This document shows, piece by piece, positions 12,835 to 25,500 of a stretch of DNA of 64,000 bases. The notes beneath the pieces were generated by a model. It ran no database searches and was not told the origin of the DNA. It saw only the letters and a program-made list of their open reading frames with translations. Every line of letters starts with the position of its first letter. Position 1 is the stretch's first letter. A program made the translations under genes and the position numbers. The stretch lies in NCBI GenBank assembly GCA_051362555.1, contig CM120642.1, positions 27,218,001 to 27,282,000 on the forward strand, read 5' to 3'. The DNA comes from Lingula anatina. Its lineage: Eukaryota > Animalia > Brachiopoda.

Positions 12835-13274
12835 TGTAGCAGTGTCTGATTCTTACCCGCACGAAAACGAAGTAGATACTCCAGCGCGGTAGACTACTGC
12901 AATCATACTGCAAACATGCTTCAAATCTGCTTCGATGTGGGAGCTAATTAGCATATTTGAAACATGCTTCTATCTTGCTGCTAATCTACTGCTCCTTCTC
13001 TGTACAACCCTATGTAATTTTTGAAGTAGAATTGCAGTAGGCTATACTGCATTATACTGCAAATATGCTCCACACCACGACTGCGTTAATGCTTCTTTGC
13101 TACTTCGATACTACTGCATTTTCCTGCGGGTACCTTGGTTAAACTTGATCTGTCTGGTACCCTCTCTCAGAAGGAGGCTGACTTCCTGTGTTTGGGACAG
13201 CACAACACAGCACAACAAACACACTCATACAACATCACAGACAAAATACACTGAACACTAACAGCACTACCACA
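12835..13274. mobile_element. Possible short solo LTR (TG..CA, TTAT TSD) interrupted by a MITE
   Basis: ttat|TGTAGCAG ... CTACCACA|ttat; absent from the paralog at ~34230. Confidence 0.45.
12856..13130. mobile_element. MITE with CCC..GGG termini and TA TSD
   Basis: ta|cccgcacgaaaacgaagtag ... ctactgcattttcctgcggg|ta; internal ctactgc repeats. Confidence 0.75.
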
Positions 13275-16109
13275 TTATCATGGTTCCGTTACGCCATCTT
13301 ATTTTCAAAACTTCTGCACCGTTACTTTACATTATGTTATGATATGTTATGTTACTTTACTTTACGTTAGGTTATATGTTATGTTATGTTTCAGTTGGTG
13401 TTTGAAGCCATTCGTGGCAGCAGTTACACTGGTGACATTGCCATTGATGACATCTCCGTGAACCCCGGACCTTGTCCTACCGTTGGTGAGAAATCTTGCT
13501 TTACCACTGCCTTATTTTGAAGCGAATTAAATGAAGATGGGACGAATGAAAACACAGAATATTGCGTATTTACAAAAATGTATTAACCTTCATGCAATGA
13601 AAGGTCGCATGATGAAAACCTTCAATGTAATTTCAAGTTATGAGACACACGTAGGCCTACTTACGTGTATAATCTTAAAACGCTTTTTTGTACAATTTCA
13701 GCACCAACAACTACCATGAAACCAAGAGCAGTAGGTAGGCAGACCTTTATAATATTAAAGGTCAAAGTAAATAGTTTTCATTGCAAAACGTATTCATCTG
13801 CTTTAGTTTTTACTTAAATCAATTTTTACTCATGCAAGTGCATAGCACGTCTAAAATTTGAGAAAAAGAAAAATAGGGAAACGATCGAATAAAAGCGAAC
13901 AGGAAAGAAAACAATGATAATAAAATAAAATGAAGTATAATGTATTTTTATCCGTTTAGTCCTTAACTGCGATTTCTCTAAAGACCTCTGTGGATTTGTA
14001 CAAAGTACGGCAGACAACTTGGACTGGTTGAGACGCTCCGGATCAACGCCCTCCTCTGGGACTGGACCAACTGCAGACCATACAACGGGATCAGGTATGC
14101 CTAGAGCTTTTCTGACCTTTTTTTCGTCTACAATTTCTCCTAGTTATTTATTTTGTAAGGAGAATTTTATACCGGCAAACACAATTTCCCTACTCACCAC
14201 TAAAAAAGAAATCTGCTAATATAGGATGCCGTTGGCGTTTGCTCTTAATTGGACACCGTATAATTATTATATATCGAGGTGAGTTTAAGGTCTTTTTTTT
14301 GCTCCAGGCAATTATTTGTTCATTGAGGCGACGGGAAAAGCAACAAACGACAGTGCTTTGATCACATCACCCAACCTGAACGTCACAGGAACCATTTGCG
14401 TCAGTTTTTGGTACCACATGTACGGGGTTGAAATGGGCTACCTTAAGGTGTACCGCGACACAGGTGTCGTGCGTTCTCCAATCATGGTACTCAGTGGGAA
14501 CAAGGGAAATAAGTGGCTTCAGGCAACAATCACTTTGACCAATGTGCAACCTGCCTACAAAGTAAGTTCTATAATTAAATTATTTAATTTACTGAAGGCA
14601 ATACGTATAAGGGACGATTGGCTAATTATACAACAGAAGAAGCTATAGTATGACTTTCATACAAGTTTGCCATATTTATGACAGTTAAGACATTTTTTTT
14701 TTTTTTTTGCAAAAATTGGCATTTGCGTTAATGAGTTACAGTTGTCGGAACTTCAAAAAGTTTGAGCAGGTAATTGAAAAGAGTCTGAAAAACGTGATAA
14801 ACATGTATTTGCAAAAAATGCTTTTCAGGACCTTCTTACAGATATATTAAGTTTACTTATGTCATTTTTCTTATTGATAATTACTGTCTTCATTTCTCTA
14901 AAAGGTAGCCTTCCAAGCTATAAGAGGAAGGAACTACAGGAGCGACGTGGCCATTGATGATATATCAATTACTGAGGGGACTTGCAGCGAAGGCGGAGCG
15001 CTAATTGGCTAAAAACAGAACGTAACTTGTCAATAATAGCGCATGATATCTATGGCACTTTAAATTTGGGTTAAAATGAATATAAGTTATCAAATTTATT
15101 ATAACGTATGAAAATAAAGACCTTAATAACCACAGTGAGCTGTTGGCCATTTTAGATATATGATATCACTTTGTAAGATTTTTCCCCATGGTGTTTATTT
15201 AAATAACGTTTGTCTTTGATGGACGAGAATAGTGACGCGTTTTAAAAGATTTATAGAACAAAAATGTCGAATCGTATTCAGAGCGAAAATGTTACCTGTA
15301 AAAGAGCCTCTGTCTTCAAGGAGTTCGGTAAATAAAAAAATTGGACGAAGATTAATGGCAAGAAATGATTTTGTATGTTAAGAAAACAATTAGGAATGTA
15401 TTTATTTCTATACTAATTTTATGACATATTCATATTAAAATTAATATGATTGTAATATGGCACACAGCAAATGATTTAAATACGGCTTTTGAGCTGCAAC
15501 AGTCAATGTAATGAAAGGATTACAGATTATATAGAATGTCTTTGTACAATATGTTTTACATTGTCCTTATACAATATGCTATTGTGATTCATGACATACT
15601 AGTGATCTGCTGAAAAGAACAACGCCAATACAAATCTCGGAATATCCGACAGTCATTTCACGGGCCCATGTAGGTATCTTCAAATTCTACAACAATCTCT
15701 CTAAAGCCCCGGAGATCGATAATTATTCTTGGCATTTACACTGGGTGTAGATCACGTGATAAACCTTCGAGGTTTTCCTCCATGTGCTGGATTTTGTAGG
15801 GAAGCTTCAGTGACTTGTAAATATGCACGCTGTTTTCGTGATCTTTTAACGTTTTCTCTCATTATATCAGTGACGTTTCTCTGTACCTCCACAACATGTA
15901 TCTCCATTTCATCTTCGGCCTTTTCAGCGGCGATGAATAATAACACGATCAACAACAAATACCAGGCAATATTAAATGCGTTTAAAAAAAAAAAAACATC
16001 TCGTTCAGAGTCCTTCCATTGCGTACAGACGCCATATGTAATGTAAATACGAACCAGTAAGTGTGAGATATCCTGAATGAGGACTTGATTTGGGTAGGAG
16101 CAGGCACTT

Positions 16110-18786
16110 TAGTCTAGCTAATTGGTGCAATAATTGCTCAGAAGGTGGAAAAAGAATGAAAATTGGCACAATCGTATTTGGACTATGCTGATCATTTTCA
16201 AGGGGAGTGCCCAAAATTTCAAAGCGTTGCTTAGTAACCGTTGCTAAGAAAGTGATTTACCTTAGTAACAAGCTAATTGCATCTTTCTTGTCCAGTTTAA
16301 TGATTTAGAAAGGCTTTTAATAATGTCTCAAGCCATCAGAACTAACACTATACTATTTTAAGCCATTAAAAGCCCAAATAAGCCATTGCAACAGTTGCTA
16401 AGCAGTATATTACCCTAGCAACAATTATTTCAAAATAGTTATTTTCTGTACACATATTAAGAACATTTATAAATATATCTGTAGTATTTGACATATACTC
16501 CAGTTCCTTCCCATCTTTTTGTTCACATTCTACATATACTAACATATTTTTTATTATTAAGATAGGTACATAAATATTTATGTCTCCTCATTAATAGCAT
16601 ATCCACAAAAATTGTATTCATATTGTCATTTTCATCCACACAAGCCAACCTTCCCTTGTATGTTTGCACCAGCCCAAATACAAAAATCTCCAGAGATCTA
16701 TCACTGACCACACCTAAATTATCTTTAATGGGGCAAACGATGCACGTCCAAACATTTTGTCTGTGAAGCCAATCCAAAAAAATATACAGAATTATTTCCC
16801 TAGCAGCATTGCAAAATTCACAAATTCATAAGATAAGCATAAGTATTGAATATTCTTTGATTTATTCTGAATTGGAGCGACTTCAGTTTCGTGTGATCTG
16901 TTTCTTAAATGTTAGTTCCTAATTATCAGTACTCAAGGTTTTTTTTTTAAATATTTGTATGCCATTTACCTACACATTTATCTGGTGATATTATATAGCT
17001 TTGGAGGATTTTTTATATGAAAAAAAAATATATCTGGATGGTTTGGTAACTTATTTAATCGAGTCAATTATTTCTTGGAATTCTATGTGTAATTTCCTTT
17101 CATTAGAAAAGATAGTCATTCAGATGGTTAGCTCTTTTGGATACTGAATGAGCCCAGAAAGTTAGTGTTATAATGTTGAAATTTTTGTTGAGTTCCTTTA
17201 GAGATAGGAAATTTCAAATGTCATTTATAATATCATTGATGTAAAAGAAGCCATTTTTACATCTTTTATTGAAAATAGTTTTTCAATTTTAGAATTTGAC
17301 ATAATGATTGTGATAGGATTTCATCTGGGGTTTAATTGCGATTTTCCTGAATTTCACTCAAAGAACCAATAATGTTTTGCCAAAAGGGATAACAAGTTGC
17401 TTCTAGTGTTTTGAATCCACCTTTTGTTACTCCCGATTCCTGACAGTTCACCAAGGAAAGCGCTTTCCACTTACTCTTGTTTTCTTCATAAAGAAGTCAT
17501 TTAAACCATGGAGATTTTAGGCTCTTCGTACAAATTTTATTTGCGGTACCTTTTACAGTCCGCTTTTGTGATCGGACGTCATCCTTGCTCATTTTATTTT
17601 GTCCTTTTCCCATTCCTGATAAAGTTGAATATGATATGCATAGTTTTAAGTATGTAGGGAAGGGTGGGCTGGCAGGAGAGTTTATATAGGTACTAAGATG
17701 AGAAATACTAAAAGTTTAACCACTGTTGACTTTTCTATTATTGAAAGGATTCTCAGAGACCAGATTTCCAATATATTTCTCATTTTTTTTCAATATTTTC
17801 TAGAACGTTTTTTCACGTTGTATTTTATCAATTTCTATTCTCTATCAAGTAACTTAAATACACCTTCATGGTTCCATTTTAATTCTTTTTGTTAATCAAT
17901 GGAGTTTCTGTTCACACAAAGGCCGATTAGATGCCATATCTTCCTTCAACCAAGGCTGCTCTACAACAATATAAAAGAAGAGTAGTCTTCCAAGATCAAC
18001 ATATCTGAATCAGCACTGCGGTGCCATGTTATCAGATACTATGTGCTCACTGTGGTTGGACTTTTGTGGAACAAAAGACCCTTGTGGACACATTTGCCAG
18101 AAGCTAATGTTCTGTCCAGAGTTGCTGAAGTGTGCATGTAGGAGCAGATGTAGAGAATGGCAATGTGCAAGGGCACTGTATATTGCACATACAAGGGTGA
18201 TTTTAATGCCTAAACTATTGCTAAGTTTTATAAAGAGTCGTAAGGTGATAAAAACAAAGAAATGGCTGGTTACTAACTTTGAACATGCTGCCTTAGGTAT
18301 CTGCAATGTTTTTGATCGGATGTGTGTAAACTTCACACAATTGTTTCAACTTACTAGATGAAAAGTATGCATATCTTGCTCAAAGGTGGAGTTCCTAGCC
18401 AGTTATATAGGTTTGCCTGTATTTAATAGACTAACACAACTTTAAATAGTTGTTGCTAGGGTAGGGCCTAATATGCTGCCTAGCAACTGTAGCTATTACT
18501 GTTATTTTGGGGTTTCATGGCCTAAAAAGAGTCCAGTAATAATTTTGATTGCCTGAAACCTTGTTATTAGCATTTGTAAATCTTTTAAACTGGACAAGAA
18601 AGGTCTAATTAGCTTGTTACTAAGGTAATTCACTTCCATAGCAACGTTTACTGAACAACGCTTTGAAATTTTGGGCACTCCCCTTGAAAATGTTCAGCAT
18701 AGTCCAAAGAACATTTGTGCCAAGTTTCATGCTTTTTCCACAATCTGAGCAATTTGGCCAATATATAGCACCAGTCATCCAGACTA
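16110..18786 (+). mobile_element. Academ-like DNA transposon, non-autonomous, with a degenerate transposase C-terminal remnant
   Basis: TAG..CTA termini, 3-bp TSD (CTT/CTG; empty site gcactgtacg at ~37315) and ~300-bp imperfect TIRs. Remnants LPSTKAALQQYKRRVVFQ (~17940) and CPELLKCACRSRC..C (~18113). Confidence 0.75.
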
Positions 18787-18814
18787 CTGTACGTTCGGCT
18801 CCTCTCCGCTTTGA

Positions 18815-18817
<3 letters not shown>

Positions 18818-18862
<45 letters not shown>
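18818..18862. repeat. Poly-T tract (~45 nt)
   Basis: Replaces ttgttttt of the paralog (~37348-37356). Confidence 0.95.
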
Positions 18863-18864
<2 letters not shown>

Positions 18865-19456
18865 CAAACTCGTCTTTCGGAGGAGTCGGCGCAAACTTCA
18901 GTGTGCTCAACAAGGTAAATGCGACGATCGACACAACTAACGCATTGTTAGCAAATACGTCTCTTTGAAGTAATAATCCTTGGAAAGTTGCTATATCGTA
19001 CAGTGGAAAGAATTCTGATCCGTCTTCGATTTCTGAGCCTTTCTTTACCTAAAATGTGCTTGTTACAATAATGTTACAACGACGCAGAAATCACAGGCCT
19101 TTAATAAACTGCGATTATTATAATCTATACCAGGACAATGAATGCACTCACGCGGGTTACATTCATTTAGTAGGTTATTAAGGTTTCTGAAGTTCATCCA
19201 TCTCATTGGACAAATGTTTAATGAATTCGATGTTCAACGCACACTAGAGCAACAACAAACTGCATGTCCAATATCGAAATCCTTCCACACTCCAAAACTG
19301 AGGAATATCCGTGAAAGATACAACATTTTCGGCTCCACAAAATAGAATCCCATGCATATTCACTTAAACTGATAAACCTTATGTTATAAACGTCTTAACC
19401 TTGGCGTCTCTGCACCCCCCTCCCCCCATCCTTGACGCGTCTCATGGCCCTGCGAC

Positions 19457-19484
19457 CACGTGACCAATGTGTGGAGTATATGAA
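19457..19484 (+). promoter_or_regulatory. Candidate core promoter of the astacin-MAM gene (E-box CACGTG, CCAAT, TATA-like TATATGAA)
   Basis: Motifs at 19457, 19464 and 19477, 70-90 nt upstream of the ATG at 19550. Confidence 0.4.
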
Positions 19485-19549
19485 CCAGAGAGGGGAAAAC
19501 GGGAGCCACAGTTGTCCAGAAGAAGTAGGAGTACCAGCTGGGACCAAAG

Positions 19550-22500
19550 ATGGAATCAAGTAACAGACTACGTCTGGCCATCTGTGCCATATGGGTATGT
19601 GAAATTGTTTTTTTCTGTAATTTCTGGGGGAAGCTATGCACCAGTGTCTAATGCACAGCTACCGAAAAAATCGAAACATTGTTTTTGTCAACTCTGTTTT
19701 GAAAACGTTTGCACCAGAAATGCGTGAAAAAAACTCATCACAGAAATCTTTCAAAAAATTTTCAAAACGAGAAACTATTAATATATGTAGACTTAAACAT
19801 TTATCAGTTAATTTTACGTCTATTTGTTTTGTAGATTGCGTTCGCAGCATGCCAAGAAGATGGAGGTAAGATAAACAGTTGTTCTTATTAACCCATTTAC
19901 GGTGGTCAAAGTTATTCTTCCTCTTAGCAATGTTATCGACAGTAAACGTTAAGCAACAGTTCCAATTTCAACATTGAAAAATTGGACCCGTTACACTAAC
20001 TTGTTCAAAAGGTTGCACTAGCTGATGCATCCCAAAAGTGACAAGTTCGCAAAATAACTTTGATCTCAACTTTAAGACCGAAAGTTTTATTTTCTTCAAT
20101 CCACAATAATTGTTAAGCTACTAAATCTGTTATGGAGTGTCTATTGGTCTAAGGTATTAACCATATCTTTTTTTAGCAGACTTAAAGTTTTGATCTAAAA
20201 GTGTGGGCCAACTTCCGGTCCAAATGATTTTGCGATGCCGTTCAAAGTGTCACCGTTAATGAATATAAAAAGCATATAAAACGACTGTGCAATATCACAC
20301 AATACAAACAAATGTTTAAAAACTGGATTGATATTTTAAACAAATTTAAGAAAATCGCCAAATGTCCAAACACAAGTATTTGCATGGCTCTCTACCCAAC
20401 ACTAACGGCTTACTGTATTTCGATCTGGTAAATTGAAAATTCACTAACAAATATATCTAAGTTTAAAACATACTGGAAAACGTGACCAAGCGTATTTCAA
20501 AGCCTTGGAAACCTGTCAGGAAAAGTCCTGGATCCGCCATGCCTGAGATACGTTTATGTAATACCATCTGGCAGACGCCCTAAGTCGGTTAAAACTTTGA
20601 TCACGGTCTAAAAGGTGGGGTAACCCTTGGGTCACGGAACACCAGGCAGCTGTGACGACCTCCACAGTATTATCAGTGATACACATAATCCGTGTGGAAA
20701 TGTATGTAATAGTACCCTACGCTCAGTAACCGTGGCATGTCCATGTGAAAGCATATTATGACATATAAACGTATAGTTAATGCTCTCTCACAGATAAGCC
20801 AAACAAATGATAGTAAAAGAATTGGTTGATGGATAAAACCAACGAAATATACTATATTCTCATTAATTCATATTATCAAAAGTTTTGAAGGAATAACATT
20901 ACATTATTATTTTCAAAAAATAATAATAATAATAATTGTTGTTATCATGCTTATGGAAAATAAATAATTGCTTTCATTTCAGAATTTTATTATGGACCAT
21001 ATGACTTCAACCCTGAGGAAGGAGGTGTGTAAATACAAAGTTACTTGTATGTGTATTTGAAATACGATATTACTTTAAGATACAAAGAAATTAATACAAG
21101 AGAGAACAGTTATTTTGTCAAAGATACAAGCTTTGAAAAATCTACGGAAAGGTTTTACAATGGATAATATAATGCTGTGCGTATACTTTCATTGTTTTCC
21201 TTCGCAGATCTTTTCGAGGGTGATATGGTGCTAGAAAAATCTGTAAGTAAAATAAATAATATTTTTATATAATTCAACTTTATAGAACTTATTCAAGTCA
21301 AATTCTAGATCCAGCAACACAGACATACCGCATCTAACACCGTGTTATAAATGTTTGGCTCCGGTGAAACGTAACAGAGAGCCCCCCCTCCCCCCCCATG
21401 ATAGAGAGTCCGATTCCCATTCATTTATACAGGTAAACCTCGCCCTAGATTTTGACCCACTTAGGTCAGGCTAACCCTAACCATTATAACGAAAGGGAGG
21501 GTGGACTTTCTGTTACACGTACCCTGTGTATCGTTACACCGGCCTCTTCCAGTAACCCTGAGCTTCAGAGGCTACTGAAAACTCACCCCTGGCCAGAGAC
21601 AGAAATGAGTTCCCAGCAATCTTTGAATCTTAGGGTGCATTCAGCACGTGACTACCATACACATATGTATATGCATATGTATATGAATATGTATATATGT
21701 ACACATAGCCATATAAAACTTTCTCATTTTAGTTGAAGAATGCTGTGATTGGCACCCACCGACTGTGGCCCAACGGAGTCGTACCCTACGAGATAGACCC
21801 GGCGGCAAAGTATGGTATGTACAGGGTGGTCCATTAAAAATGACCTATTCTAATTTCCATCTCAATTAAAATTTTTTATGGACCACCCTGTACCGGTATG
21901 TTTTACAATAGTAATAGATAAACCATCCGAAGGTTGCAGAACGCTAAGTCAAAATCTTTATAGCTAGACATTGTACAAAGCAACCCCTCTTTTTTAATTC
22001 AGACTTTAAAACCGATATACCCCCTTAAATAAAAGTACCCAATGTCGACATTTCCCTCTGAAATGCCAGGAAGACATGACGGTCGAAATGAATCATTATT
22101 CGTTAATTACATTCATAATTTGTTGGCCTCGTAAGAAGAAGAAAGTTTTATTCGCGAGGAAATTAGATTTGGGAAACCCCATGTTAATTTCCTTAAAATG
22201 GTTTCGCTGGAGTCTCATAACAAAGGCTTCTTGCGTTAATATACGGTCAACATTTAAGTGTGTGAGATTTGGCGAGACGAAATACTATTTTTGTTAGTCC
22301 TGTGACTGATATAAAACAATCAACTCATGACAAAAACTAGAAACGAGAACGCAGACCTCCGCCACGGCAGCAAAGTCTCCATCCAATGCCGTTTCACCCC
22401 TAAATTTTCGATATTTTTTATTATTGATTATTGATTGATTATTGATCTGGATCATCACCAAAAACTAATCATCTGTTCCTTGGCCCAATTCTGACAATTC

Positions 22501-25500
22501 CTGAAAATTTCATCAAAATCGGTCCATAACTTTTTGAGTTATGTTGATGACAGACAGACAGACAAACAGACAAACAGGGGTGAAAACAACCTCCTTGGCG
22601 GAGGTAACGATTTAACGGGCTCAGTTGTAAAATAAAACCTCTTTCATTAAGTACAATGTTATTACAGAGGCATCTGAACTGGCCAGGATCCAGAAAGCTA
22701 TAGACGACTACAATAGATTCACGTGTATACGCTGGATTAAAAGAACAACTGAGAAATCTTACGTACAGTTTATCAGAGGATCTGGGTAAGAATCAAAACC
22801 CTAAACTACCCTTTGAATACTTATACAACTTGAAAACTTGTTTACTTTAAAGAAATGCATTGTGAATGCCAGTATTTGAATTATAATAAATTTAACCATC
22901 AAGCAAAATGTAAGACTTCACTGCCTTAATGAGGACAGGCACAAGGACACTTTTAGAACCTCTCTAAAATTTAATTTTATCCTTCTCCAGATGTTACTCC
23001 TCAGTGGGTCGTTCCTCATCCTCGCGATCTCAAAGGTTATCTCTTGGCCGTGGCTGCTTTAGCCATGGTACCATTGTCCACGAAATGATGCACGCTGTTG
23101 GCTTCCACCACGAACAGTCCAGGACCGATAGAGATGATTACGTGACAATCATGTATGCAAATATTAAATCAGGTATGTTCATTCGGCCAAGTTCGTGAGA
23201 CTTCGTACGGGATCAGTCGAGCTGTTCCGTATGAAAGTTATGGTGAGAAATGGAATGTCCCTTGCCGTTTGAAGGCATAGTAGTGCATACTCTGAGTAGC
23301 AGTTATGCTGCTTGTATCATCATCGATCTACGTTTTAACTTTTCAGAAAAAGAATAATAACACTCATTTGGTCAATAATTTACAAACGTTAACGGAACAT
23401 TAATTCTCTTTCTCGTAAACACAAATAACCGTTGATTTATCAACCAGCAAGCTAGTCCATAAATTGTCCTTTCCTCGTATCACCGTAAAGATTCATACCA
23501 ATAAAAGTTCCGATATTTGTTATTCTCAAAGGCAAGGAAGGCAACTTCAGAAAGTACTCGTCCAGTCAAGTGCAGACCTTGGGTGCCCCGTATGACTACG
23601 GGTCTGTGATGCACTACAGCAAATACGGCTTTTCAAAGAACGGCCAGCCAACCATTGTTCCCAAAGACACCAAAGCAAGAATTGGACAGAGAAGCGGCCT
23701 CTCCACCGTAGACAAGTACAAGTTAAACAAGTTGTACAATTGTGCCGGTTTCACAGGTTCGAGTTTTGAGATTTATTTGGATATTGTCTTAATCCCCCCA
23801 TTTTAAATGTATACTGAGGGGTATGATTCTCTCTTGGATAAAAAGGAGTTGTAAATCTACACATTATCATCAAATCTAAACATCCATATACGGCATTCTG
23901 AAATTAGGCATTGGCTATGAATTTTTTAGCTTTCACAAACTTTTGGTTGCTACCGGTATGGTTATGTTTTGTTTATGCTTTGTAGGAACTGTGCCGCCAT
24001 GGACAAAACCAACAACTACTACTACGACTCCTCCAACACCACGTAAGTTTTAATCAGAAAGCGAAGTGCCTCAAGATTGGTCAGAATACAGTTTTCGGTA
24101 TAAAACGATGATTAATTTTGTTAGAAATAATGTGCCTGCATCATAATTAAATTGTTGACTGTAAGACATAAATGAAATAGATAAAAGTTCATTGTGGATG
24201 CATTATGTACAAAAACAGAGCTAAATAACATTAAAACACCAAAGAAATTATTTGCGAATTCCAGTCGAGTACAAGTTCCAGCTTTAAGCTAATCCGACTT
24301 TTCAAAACTTCCCCAGTTCCTCCAAACAGAATCTTTAAGGGCCCATTTTCCTGTAACTTTGACAAGGACACATGTTCCTTCACGCAGGACGTCAACGACA
24401 ACCAGGACTGGACCCGATTTACGGGAAAAGCTCCTAGCGCGGGTGTCACGGGACCAACTGCAGACCACACCAACGGGACAGGTAGGCCTATTTATTTATT
24501 TCTTTCTTGATTTATTTGTTTACAGGACAATTCGAAACTGCATTTGTCAGATCGAGTGTGGAAGCATGGTAAATTTTCATTATTTTTCTATTAAAGGTAC
24601 AGTAGGCGACTTTGGCGCCATATACTGTACTTCATGCCAAATATAAAGAACAACTTTTCGATGTATTCAAAATAAATATCAAAACGTATACTTTATATTC
24701 CCTGAGTTGATTCTTTAATTTCATTCCGCCAAAATGAATACTTTCGACTCTGTGAGTCTTGTATTAAACATGACATATAATGTATAACCCATAGTGACAC
24801 CAATATTAAAATCAAGCAAAAACTTGAAAGAGAAATGTCTCCCCAACCAAGGATACTCCTTTCAATGTACATGTACATGATTGGCACTACGCAGCCCAAC
24901 GTACTACATTCATTTCGTTTTGTCCCTTATTTCCAATAGGTCACTACATGTATTACGAAGCGTCGGGACACGGCGTCGGCAACGTGGCCTCGCTTCGGTC
25001 CCCTGGGATAGAACTCTCCGGCACCGTATGTCTCGAGTTTTGGTACTATATGTACGGTCGCACCCTTGGCCAGCTTGATGTGTACACTGCTGTAAACGGC
25101 AAGGAGACGACCATCTTTGTTGCCAAGGGCAGCAAAGGGAATCGGTGGCTCCTCGCTCAGGAACAGCTCACTTTCACTGATGTTACTCAGGTATTTGGAA
25201 TTTTGGTCATGTCTTTTGTTCATTTTATATAATATGTTTGAAATGTTATCGTTGGGAAAATGGGTTTTAACGCTTTTCGTTAAGGCGGTTTGATAAAATG
25301 TGTAAAATGACAAGCATATATGATGAAAACCTAATTGTTCAAAACTTAAAGGAATTAACTATCTTACATTGAACACCTTTAAGAGTCGGTGGTCTTAGTA
25401 TTCTGGTATCACTCCAATTATTCAATCCAATAATTAAATAATTAAAAGGTTATCTTCACTAGTTATAAAGGTAGCTTTGTTGAGAATAGTTTATTTATCA

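Larger units (their letters stand above)
78..15012 (+). pseudogene. 3' portion of a paralogous astacin-MAM gene (MAM3 destroyed; MAM4-6 exons appear open); 5' part lies outside the window
   Basis: P/T linker exons at 78-140 and 321-383. Fused MAM3 exon 812-982 contains TGA TAA. MAM4-6 exons at ~6523-6682, 7759-8012, 11390-11481, 12151-12309, 12450-12703, 13395-13485, 13960-14094, 14308-14561 and 14905-15012 (TAA) match the downstream copy. Confidence 0.75.
15736..19048 (-). pseudogene. Truncated copy of the TMEM26/TMEM236-like gene (last exon only)
   Basis: Matches 36687-37565 but has internal deletions, frameshifts, a poly-T expansion and a 2.7-kb transposon insertion. Exons 1-3 are missing: 19055 joins sequence matching ~39485. 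Confidence 0.9.
1..19178. repeat. Upstream unit of a tandem segmental duplication; paralogous to ~27.6-39.6 kb
   Basis: Collinear, highly similar exons and introns (1-480~27612-27880, 6360-7100~29980-30700, 11340-15730~31260-36680, 19070-19178~39485-39592). Similarity ends near 19178/39592. Confidence 0.92.

Noticed and set aside
18620-18968. Poly-Lys and poly-Phe ORFs
   Set aside because: Artefacts of the poly-T tract in a pseudogene.
21468-21484. CTAACC repeats as interstitial telomere
   Set aside because: Only about two units, lying inside a small inverted-repeat element.
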